Virus record (IMG/VR): IMGVR_UViG_3300028797_000096
Coordinates: 141,860-205,859 of that record
Strand: one strand, 5' to 3'
From: a virus
Lineage: Duplodnaviria > Heunggongvirae > Uroviricota > Caudoviricetes
Length of the DNA: 64,000 nt
Shown: positions 55,885 through 64,000 of the stretch, piece after piece
Numbering within the stretch: position 1 is the first letter of the stretch
Layout: every line of letters begins with the position of its first letter
Program-made: the position numbers and the translations under genes
The notes under the pieces: generated by a model
The model's input: the letters and a program-made list of their open reading frames with translations, nothing else
The model's database searches: none
Told to the model about the DNA's origin: nothing

Positions 55885-56298
55885 ATGGCTTATAACGATT
55901 TAAATACCCATTTTTTAAATAAAGTTTATACCGATCCACTACTTGGTAAATTATTACCAAAAAGTAGTGTAAATGAATTATATCCTACAGTGGCAAATAT
56001 AGAATCTATAAAGCAAGGTATTGAACGTTTATTAATGACACCAAAAGGTAGTAATCCTTTTAATCGTGAATATGGATCTAGTTTATATTCATTGTTATTT
56101 GAAAATATAGCTAATGTTAGTGAAATTGAAACATTTCTATATATGGATATTACTAATTGGGAACCCCGTATTAGTTTATCTAGAGGTGATATTTCAATTA
56201 TACAAATAGATAAAAATACATATAAAGTAAATTGTGAATTTCGTTTAATCGGATCGAATACAGTAAGTAGTTTAAGTACTACTATAACAAGAGAGTAA
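55885..56298 (+). CDS. Baseplate wedge protein gp25/GpW
   Basis: IKQGIERLLMTPKGSNPFNREYGSSLYSLLFE...WEPRI. Confidence 0.92.
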   Translation: MAYNDLNTHFLNKVYTDPLLGKLLPKSSVNELYPTVANIESIKQGIERLLMTPKGSNPFNREYGSSLYSLLFENIANVSEIETFLYMDITNWEPRISLSRGDISIIQIDKNTYKVNCEFRLIGSNTVSSLSTTITRE

Positions 56299-56303
56299 TC
56301 AGC

Positions 56304-59300
56304 ATGAAATTAGATAGTATAGTTTATGATTATGGTACATTACAAACTGCTATTGCAGATAGTTTAAATGCAGAATCAAGTACATTTAAAGCCATTTATC
56401 CTTCTGATACAGCGACTAGTTTAGTAAATGTATTGGCTAGTTATGGCTCCATGTTACAATATCAATTAGTTTCTAGTATGGCTAATATGTATATGGACTC
56501 TGCGTTTTCAGAAGCAGGTATTTATCAATTAGCTGAAACTCTTGGTAATAGATTACACGGTAATATTTCTTCTCAAGTATATTGTAATATCACACGTACT
56601 AATTTAAAAGGTATTAGTAATATTATTATTCCAGCTGGATCTACTTTTAAAGTTGAAGATTTATTATTCTTTAATCCTGATTCAATTGTTTTTCCATTAG
56701 AAATTAATAGTTTATATAATGTTAAACTAGTACAAGGTACATTACAAACAGTTGAACAATATTCATCTGGTATTTCTGGTGAAAAAATTTATTTCTGTGA
56801 TGATTTTAGATGCAACACAAATATGGTAAAAGTATTTGTGAATGGTGTACAATGGGAAATCACTGATTCATTTTTACCATATGTTGTAACAGATACTTCT
56901 ATTGCAGCAGAAACCCAAGTAGTAATTGTTAAAACAGATGCAGATGGTAGAACATATGTAAAATTTGGTAATAATACCAATGGATTAATTCCACCTACCA
57001 ATTCAACTATTCGCATTGAATATGTAACTAATGAAGGGGCTAATGGTAATTTAAATAATAACGAATTAGATATTCAATTAACCACACCAATTTATTATAC
57101 TAATTCACAAAATACGCGTGAACAATTAACTGTTGATATTACTGCGATTACTACTGCTTCAGGTGGATTTAATACTCAATCTATTGAAACATTACGCGAG
57201 TCTTCTCCTTACACATTTGCTTCTGGACAAAGAGCAATTAGACGTAATGATTATAAAACAATGTTACTAAATCATTGTGGATATTTAACCACTAACGTTT
57301 GGGGCGAATATGAAGAAGCCGCAATTCAAGGTGGTTATGATAAAATCATGATGAACATGGTTTATTATACAGGTATTAAATCTATTCAAAAATATGATTT
57401 ACAACCTGTTAAATTAATTGAAATCAGTCCTACAGAAATCAATTATTCGACTTCTGCAGTATATTCAGTTGAAGGTAATATTAATAGTGCTCGTGGATTC
57501 TTAGGGTCTTATATAATTGATATTTCTTCTTTTGATAGTGATGGTTTACCAATATCTGTAAAATATCGTGATAATGATGGAACAGGTATTTTAGTATGTG
57601 ATCCAAGTGTAAATTCTAATTTGGTTAATTTTGAATCACAAATTTATCCTTTAAATGATTTAATTACAGATACAGTTGCCATTGATACTAATCAAAAATT
57701 GGTAGAATCAAGTAATAACCCTGCATTATTAAATATGGAAGGAAAAGAATTTATTAGTAGTGGTGTAACTGAAGATGAACAACCAAGCTTAATTACTTTT
57801 GATAATCCTTTCCAAATAAAATTAGATTTCCAAAAGAAAATAAGCATTACAGGATTTGCATTTAAATCTCCTTCTACAAGTGAAAATTATCGTAAGTTTA
57901 TGCATCAATTTGCTATTTATGGTACAAATGAAGACAATGCTTCTTATGATAACGTAAAAAACAATACTAAATGGCAAAAATTAACAGGTATGCATATTTT
58001 CGATACTGATATTGCTTTAAACAGTTTCTCTGATTGGGTTACTACAAATGTATATAGTCCTGGTACAGCTATTGAAGAAAATGAAGATTTATCAGAACAA
58101 TGCGCAGATACACCACAATCTGTATTTGTAATTTCTCCTTCTTTATTAGAAGAAGAATACAGTTATTCAGTAAAAGTAAATCAAGAAATGAAGCCTGCAA
58201 ATGAATATTCAATAGATAAAGATGCTGGTACACTTACATTTGCTACACCTGTTCCAATGGGTAGTAATGTAATTTTATATGGTACATTATATGACTGGGC
58301 TAGATATAAACATTATTTAATTGAAGTTTATACTATTAAAGATTCTTCTATTAAATCACCAAGAGTTGTAGCATTAAACCAAATTAAAGCCATTTATAAA
58401 GAATCTAGCTCTACAATTAATTATACAAAAAATAATGCAATTAATTTAAATCTACCTATAGTTTCTGCAAGTAATGTAGTTGAAGCATATACTATTCCTG
58501 GTATACCTCAATTAAGTAGTGGATGGTTAGCAGATAAAAATGGTAATCTAATAACACCAGATATTGGCAAGATATATCATGTTCATGATAGTAATACATT
58601 TAATACTACAGTACGTATAAGAACAGCAGGTAGTGGATTTACAGTAGGCGATAAATTAAACTTACAATATTATTTTTATACTATTCAAAGATATGCTGAA
58701 AATAATGGTAGTAACTATTTAGTTGGTGAAACATTTAAACTTAATGGTAAAGACGCTATTATTACAGAAGTAGATGCTTTTGGTGGAGCTAAATCTGCTG
58801 AATTTATTGGTTTAAATAAATATGGCAGTGATAATATGGCTTCGGCAAGTAATATTTCTATGGATCCAGGTAGTTATATAGGTCATGGTACAGGTGCCAA
58901 ATTTGATGTTTATAGCACTAAAACTCCACAGATTTATGTAGAAGATGGTTCAGCTATTATAGCTAAAGTTAAGACAGTAAATGGTAGTGGTGGTATTACA
59001 GCATTAGATACGACTTCGTATATTACTGCCTATGATGCTACAAACACTACTGCTATTTCTAGCATAAAATCTGATAATACTACAACAAATGCATATTTTA
59101 ATGCTACTTCTGTATTAAACACTACATTATATAATGATAAAGTGTTCTTATTTAGAGATGGAGCATATGTTGAAAACGATACTATCTTGACTAAAGAATT
59201 AGGTTTACCCGAATCTATGCAGTATTATGAATATGATGTTAAGATTAGTGGATTAACAGAAGAAAATCAATATCGCACTGGTAATATTGTTCAATATTCA

Positions 59301-59924
59301 ACAATTATTGATAATACTACATATATATTCCAAATACAAATAATTAATATTACTTCAAAAGATTATTTAATCAGTTTAGCTACAGATACTACTTATCCTA
59401 GTTATATTTTAAGAGGTAAAAGTGGTATTAAAGTATCAGGTGGGGATTTAACAAACATTGTAGGTTCTGGATCTGGTGGTAAAATTACAATTACATCTAC
59501 AAGTACAGTAAATGTATACGGTAGTTATACAGGTAATTTCTATTCAAATACAGATATTCAAGCATTTGATTTACCTATTATAAATAAATATAATCACTTT
59601 ACTACATATCTTGAATTCAAACAACCTCATATTAAAAATATTAAAATTGAATTAAATGTAGAATATGAGAATATTGTAACATATCAAGAAGTTAAAAATA
59701 ATATTATCACTGCAGTTAACCAAATGTTTGATTTAAAACCTTTCTCAATTGGTAGTACACTAAATGTATCAGATATATGGAAAACAGTAAATAATATTAA
59801 AGGAATTAAACGCTTTAATGTTATTACTCCTTCTGATAACATTACCTGCTTGCCATATGAGTTATTAACATTACCTGCAGAAAACTTGATTATTAATGAT
59901 ATTCTTAACAATGAGTATAAATAA
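56304..59924 (+). CDS. Baseplate wedge protein gp6/J-like with large insertion
   Basis: N-terminal DY.TLQ, SAFSEAGIYQLAETLG, YVKFGN..NG..P, GGF..QSIE.LR..SP..F.SGQRA...DY; C-terminal J-like domain. Confidence 0.85.
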   Translation: MKLDSIVYDYGTLQTAIADSLNAESSTFKAIYPSDTATSLVNVLASYGSMLQYQLVSSMANMYMDSAFSEAGIYQLAETLGNRLHGNISSQVYCNITRTNLKGISNIIIPAGSTFKVEDLLFFNPDSIVFPLEINSLYNVKLVQGTLQTVEQYSSGISGEKIYFCDDFRCNTNMVKVFVNGVQWEITDSFLPYVVTDTSIAAETQVVIVKTDADGRTYVKFGNNTNGLIPPTNSTIRIEYVTNEGANGNLNNNELDIQLTTPIYYTNSQNTREQLTVDITAITTASGGFNTQSIETLRESSPYTFASGQRAIRRNDYKTMLLNHCGYLTTNVWGEYEEAAIQGGYDKIMMNMVYYTGIKSIQKYDLQPVKLIEISPTEINYSTSAVYSVEGNINSARGFLGSYIIDISSFDSDGLPISVKYRDNDGTGILVCDPSVNSNLVNFESQIYPLNDLITDTVAIDTNQKLVESSNNPALLNMEGKEFISSGVTEDEQPSLITFDNPFQIKLDFQKKISITGFAFKSPSTSENYRKFMHQFAIYGTNEDNASYDNVKNNTKWQKLTGMHIFDTDIALNSFSDWVTTNVYSPGTAIEENEDLSEQCADTPQSVFVISPSLLEEEYSYSVKVNQEMKPANEYSIDKDAGTLTFATPVPMGSNVILYGTLYDWARYKHYLIEVYTIKDSSIKSPRVVALNQIKAIYKESSSTINYTKNNAINLNLPIVSASNVVEAYTIPGIPQLSSGWLADKNGNLITPDIGKIYHVHDSNTFNTTVRIRTAGSGFTVGDKLNLQYYFYTIQRYAENNGSNYLVGETFKLNGKDAIITEVDAFGGAKSAEFIGLNKYGSDNMASASNISMDPGSYIGHGTGAKFDVYSTKTPQIYVEDGSAIIAKVKTVNGSGGITALDTTSYITAYDATNTTAISSIKSDNTTTNAYFNATSVLNTTLYNDKVFLFRDGAYVENDTILTKELGLPESMQYYEYDVKISGLTEENQYRTGNIVQYSTIIDNTTYIFQIQIINITSKDYLISLATDTTYPSYILRGKSGIKVSGGDLTNIVGSGSGGKITITSTSTVNVYGSYTGNFYSNTDIQAFDLPIINKYNHFTTYLEFKQPHIKNIKIELNVEYENIVTYQEVKNNIITAVNQMFDLKPFSIGSTLNVSDIWKTVNNIKGIKRFNVITPSDNITCLPYELLTLPAENLIINDILNNEYK

Positions 59925-62900
59925 TGTCTGATTTCAATAAAATATCTGTAAATAGTACATTAAGTGTAACACAAGCTAATCAAGCCACTTTGTGTTTTAG
60001 TGACGGTAAAATATTAGCAAATGATAAATATAGTATTGCTAATAGCCAAGTTAATTTAATAGATACTAGTTTAAATACTTTGAGTGTCTATTTTAATAAT
60101 GGTGTAGCAAATACTTACTTATTCAGAACAGGTTTGTATGAACCTAATACTACTTTACCGAATATAGATATTAATGGTACCCCTGTTGAATTAAATCAAG
60201 TATTAGTATTTATTGATGGTGAATTACAGCTATCTTCTGCATATACTATTATACCAAGTAATAATAATAACAATGGTGGTACTATTACATTTACACAACC
60301 ATATAGTGATACCCCAGACAAAACTTTTGAAATAGTAATATATTCAAGTAAAGTTAATTTTATTAGAAATTCATATAATCATGATGAAATTTTTAATTTA
60401 GTTAAAAGAGATCAAAATAATGCATATAGTGTTAGAAATGAGCAAGATTTTTTATTATCTTTACCAGTAGTATATGATAAAGCTAATACATTATTATTTA
60501 TTAATGGTGTACAAGTTCCTTTTAATGCTATTCAAAAAGACATTGCCGAACCAAATGTAATAAAATTAAATATTAAAGAAACTTTAAACGAAATAGAATA
60601 TTTTGAAATTGTAAAATTTGTTAATAATAACACAACTTCTGTTAATTTTACAACAAGTTTTGGATATTTAACTTATGGTCCATATGATGATTTTAATGTA
60701 AAAATACCAAAATTATATAATTTAATTTTAAAATTTAAAGATCAAACTAAATTACTCATTGATGATTTAAGACCTGGCTTTATACTTTATTCTAAACTTT
60801 GTAATGGTATTGCTGTTATAGTTGATACCAATTATGAAAATCAGCAATTAAAAGCAATACAAATACAGCCTTTTTCTTATTATGAATTTACAAAAGATCA
60901 ATACTATATTGAAGTACCTGAAACTACAAGTATATTAAATTATTTATCTGTCTTCGATAAAAGATACACATTTTTACCAGAAATATTATCCTGCTTTCAA
61001 AGAATTCTTTTAGATGAATTACAAGATAGTATTCAAAGATTAAAAAATAGTAGATCAATTCAAAAAGTAGATTCTTCTCAAATTAATAATTTACTAAAGT
61101 TATTAGGTTTTGATGGAAATATTAAAACACTAACACACAAACAGCGTAGAGAATTAATAGAAGAATTAACAGAATTTTATAGAATAGTTGGTACAAGAAA
61201 TTCATATAATCTTGTTAATATTTTACAAAATGATTTAAAATTAATTAATATGAAACAATTATTTACACCATTAGGTAGTGTAAATAAAAGTAAAAGAACT
61301 ATTTGGAGTTATAATACAAAAATAGATACAGGAAACGGTGGTAGTGGTTATAAAGTTGGTGATTATTTACGTGCTATCACAGATCGAGATCCTATCGATA
61401 TTATTGTTACAGATGTAGATGGAAATGGAAGTATTAAAGAAGGAGCTCGAATTGGTTATACACAAGAAACTTTAGATGGTTATACTGAAACTAATGGTGA
61501 TTTTCCATTAGAAAGTGGAATATCTGCCTTCTTTAATATTAGCACTCCAAATACAACTTATGATTATGATTGGTCGATTAGAGATGATGGAAATGTTAAC
61601 TTTTCTGTGGGTCAAAAATTTACTAATCATACTAATAAGTATTCATTAATTGTAGATGAAGTAGATAGTAATGGTAAAATTATTAGATTTACACCAAATC
61701 CAAAAAGTGGTTATAATAGAATTAGTCTTTCTGCATTAGATTTTTATTTAAATCATTCTAATATTTTACAATTAAAAGTTACAGCTAGTCACATTGAAGA
61801 AGATAAATATTTAATTGGAGAATGGACTACAGGTGGGCAAGGTATTAATTTAGTACTAGAACCAGGTACATATTTAATTGAAGTAGCTGGTGCAGGTGGA
61901 GCAGGGGCAGCAGGAGATTCACGCTATGATATAGTAAATGATATAAAAGCCTACAATGGATATAATGGAGAATTAAAAACTATTTATAAATCATTTACTT
62001 CTACAACTACAATTACTGGAAAAGTTGGTCAAGGCGGTGGTAAAGTATTTGCAATGGGACATGGTGGAACAAATGCCGAAACTAAAGGTAGTGGTTATCA
62101 TGATGGTAAAATGGGTATGCTTTACCATGAAATCGGATTCTTTGACTATTATCCAACATATTTTTACGCAGGAGGTCAAGGAGGAGGTTCTTCGGGTATA
62201 GAAGTCGAGGGTGAAACTATTATAGAAGCTCGTGGTGGTAATGGAGGTGACACTGAGGTTTCTATAGTTGCACAATTAAACGCATGGATAGCTCAAGGGG
62301 GAAAATATGATGAGAATTATGTATATGATCGTACCACAGTAAAAAGTGGTTGGGGTGGTGATGGCGGCGGTGGTGGATATAACATAGCCGGTGGTCAAGG
62401 TGGAAAAGGTGGAAAAGGTACACAACCATATGGAAGTTTCTGGTCAGAAGAAGGTAAAGATGGCTGGATCAAAATTTGGAGATTAAAGCATAGTTATAGC
62501 TTCGAAATCACAGGAGATACAAGTGGAGTTATAGACAATGAGCAATTCTTTACTGTTGATACATTACCAAGTGGATATAAAGAAACAATTTCACAATTTA
62601 TAGCTACTGCACATAAAAACGGATCGGCTACTTATTGGGATTATACACCTTCAAAAGGTTGGTATCCATTTAATAATACTTATACAATCCTATCTAAAGC
62701 AAATCCTAAAATTATAGTAGATATAGATTCACACTTTATAAAAAATAATTATAAAATTGAATTATTAGGTGATATTGCATATATGAAGATTGGAGATGTA
62801 TTTAAAAATAATAATACCGATCCATCTAAAAACTTTACCTATACCATAACAGAAATTGATAGATCTATAAATAAAGTTTTCGGTATATTTTCACCGATGA

Positions 62901-64000
62901 GTGGAATAGATTACTTAAATATTACTAATGAACCAGCAAGTGTAGATACTGGAACAAATGGTATATTAACAGTAAATTCTTTAAGGGCTACACAAAAGAA
63001 TGAAGATCGATGCTATATTGATTTTTATACACAAGATGAATTAATTGATCCATCTAAAGGTGAAGGTATTCAAAAAGAATATCGTATTAATCAAACAAAC
63101 TATGGTTATATAAATGAAGGTACACCAAATTCGCCATATTTCTGGCAAGTAGGTTTTCCAGATATAGATTATGGTAATATTTCAGATACCCCAGAAACAG
63201 TTATTGATTATGGTTTAATTACAGATAAAATCGAAGGTACTTGGTTAGAATGGGTTAAATGGGATAGAGGTTCTCAATGGTATCCAACTAATCATGTTAA
63301 TCTAGAAATGAAATTACCAGCAGGTGTTGACTTTAATTCATACATAGATACATTTGTTGAACAATTCTATAATCTTGCTTCTACAGTAGTATTTATTCAA
63401 ACAATCATTGAATCATTCTACTTTGGTAAAGATATAACAGGAAATACCACTGAAAATGCTACTACGGAAAATAACGGTGCATGTTTTGGTATTGTTACAG
63501 GTGCACCAGTATCTGAAGAAGTAATGACGGTATCTTCCGATCCATTATTACAATACGAAGAAGTATTACAACCTTGCCAATTCACAGTTGTTCCTACTCC
63601 TGCAAACGCTACAGTATCTATTTATCAAAATAGACACTTATTAGTTGAAGGTATAGGTTCACAAACTACAGAAGTAGATCCAACCAAACCAGTTGGATAT
63701 AGAGTAAGAGTGGCTGGTAGTTCTGATTATATACCACACATTAATATTGTAAATATTACTACAGATACAACTAAATATGTAATATTAGAAGAAGTAAATC
63801 CAACACCAAATGATTCATCCTATTATGATGTTACAGTAAATGCTTTACCAGAAAATTCTTCTATTATATTACAAATACCAGATTATCCTTTAATTAAGGC
63901 AGTTGATACCGTAACATTAAAAGTTCCTGGTAATACAAAAGTTAAATATACTGTAGAAAAAGAAGGTTATATACCAGAAACAGATATATATTTAATTACG
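59924..64000 (+). CDS. Large baseplate/tail protein (gp7/gpI-like) with glycine-rich domain; partial, runs off the window (not in ORF track)
   Basis: ATG in a TAATG overlap. The frame is consistent at the start and end (4077 nt), and no stop-terminated + ORF is listed here. gpI-like LLKLLGF...ELTEFYRIVGT near 61090-61200; Gly-rich IEVAGAGGAG...GKDGWIKIW at 61870-62480. Confidence 0.85.
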   Translation, partial: MSDFNKISVNSTLSVTQANQATLCFSDGKILANDKYSIANSQVNLIDTSLNTLSVYFNNGVANTYLFRTGLYEPNTTLPNIDINGTPVELNQVLVFIDGELQLSSAYTIIPSNNNNNGGTITFTQPYSDTPDKTFEIVIYSSKVNFIRNSYNHDEIFNLVKRDQNNAYSVRNEQDFLLSLPVVYDKANTLLFINGVQVPFNAIQKDIAEPNVIKLNIKETLNEIEYFEIVKFVNNNTTSVNFTTSFGYLTYGPYDDFNVKIPKLYNLILKFKDQTKLLIDDLRPGFILYSKLCNGIAVIVDTNYENQQLKAIQIQPFSYYEFTKDQYYIEVPETTSILNYLSVFDKRYTFLPEILSCFQRILLDELQDSIQRLKNSRSIQKVDSSQINNLLKLLGFDGNIKTLTHKQRRELIEELTEFYRIVGTRNSYNLVNILQNDLKLINMKQLFTPLGSVNKSKRTIWSYNTKIDTGNGGSGYKVGDYLRAITDRDPIDIIVTDVDGNGSIKEGARIGYTQETLDGYTETNGDFPLESGISAFFNISTPNTTYDYDWSIRDDGNVNFSVGQKFTNHTNKYSLIVDEVDSNGKIIRFTPNPKSGYNRISLSALDFYLNHSNILQLKVTASHIEEDKYLIGEWTTGGQGINLVLEPGTYLIEVAGAGGAGAAGDSRYDIVNDIKAYNGYNGELKTIYKSFTSTTTITGKVGQGGGKVFAMGHGGTNAETKGSGYHDGKMGMLYHEIGFFDYYPTYFYAGGQGGGSSGIEVEGETIIEARGGNGGDTEVSIVAQLNAWIAQGGKYDENYVYDRTTVKSGWGGDGGGGGYNIAGGQGGKGGKGTQPYGSFWSEEGKDGWIKIWRLKHSYSFEITGDTSGVIDNEQFFTVDTLPSGYKETISQFIATAHKNGSATYWDYTPSKGWYPFNNTYTILSKANPKIIVDIDSHFIKNNYKIELLGDIAYMKIGDVFKNNNTDPSKNFTYTITEIDRSINKVFGIFSPMSGIDYLNITNEPASVDTGTNGILTVNSLRATQKNEDRCYIDFYTQDELIDPSKGEGIQKEYRINQTNYGYINEGTPNSPYFWQVGFPDIDYGNISDTPETVIDYGLITDKIEGTWLEWVKWDRGSQWYPTNHVNLEMKLPAGVDFNSYIDTFVEQFYNLASTVVFIQTIIESFYFGKDITGNTTENATTENNGACFGIVTGAPVSEEVMTVSSDPLLQYEEVLQPCQFTVVPTPANATVSIYQNRHLLVEGIGSQTTEVDPTKPVGYRVRVAGSSDYIPHINIVNITTDTTKYVILEEVNPTPNDSSYYDVTVNALPENSSIILQIPDYPLIKAVDTVTLKVPGNTKVKYTVEKEGYIPETDIYLIT

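Noticed and set aside
1904-62275. Many short antisense or overlapping ORFs in the track (e.g. 1904-2095, 2213-2407, 7902-8204, 9165-9389, 10631-10852, 12624-12866, 25439-25648, 30872-31054, 46855-47088, 61991-62275)
   Set aside because: They lie opposite or inside well-supported genes, lack SD sites and have no recognisable motifs. They are shadows of AT-rich coding sequence.
1-64000. CRISPR array or mini-array
   Set aside because: All intergenic gaps are short and none shows repeat-spacer periodicity. The repeats seen are coding LRR units.

Overview
This is a 64-kb segment of a large, strongly AT-rich myovirus-type phage genome with a T4-like contractile tail and baseplate. It reads in the standard genetic code and probably infects an anaerobic (gut-type) bacterium. 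Layout: (1) 1-8.5 kb, an array of modular adhesin or receptor-binding genes (five BspA-type leucine-rich-repeat paralogs, a YadA-head protein and a C-type-lectin-like protein). (2) 8.6-22.8 kb, accessory genes: metallophosphoesterase, phosphate acyltransferase homolog, NAD-dependent ligase, nucleases, Hsp20, AAA ATPase, two glycosyltransferase-like genes and an adenine methylase. (3) 22.9-42.7 kb, a minus-strand replication and nucleotide-metabolism block: tdk, a split nrdD, nrdG, thioredoxin, ferredoxin, a thymidylate-synthase-family gene, DUF5664 pyrophosphatase, dut, ribosomal protein bS21, a multidomain family-B DNA polymerase, GapR, recA, iscU/iscS, clpP, glyA, tRNA-Arg and a CofE-like ligase. 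(4) 42.9-64 kb, regulators, terminase and the tail/baseplate operon, whose last gene runs off the window. The best candidate for an undescribed system is a folate-fed cytosine-modification pathway. The ThyA homolog has Asp at the E. coli Asn177 specificity position and lacks His147, the signature of dCMP-acting enzymes. It co-occurs with GlyA, a CofE/FolC2-like glutamate ligase, thymidine kinase, nucleotide pyrophosphatases and two glycosyltransferase-like genes. Other highlights are a UDG-like/exonuclease/PolB/primase fusion, a cleanly split class III RNR, a mix-and-match LRR adhesin array, and a phage-specific RTTCTA promoter motif (about 20 copies, two apparently leaderless). All family assignments come from motif recognition by eye; no searches were run.
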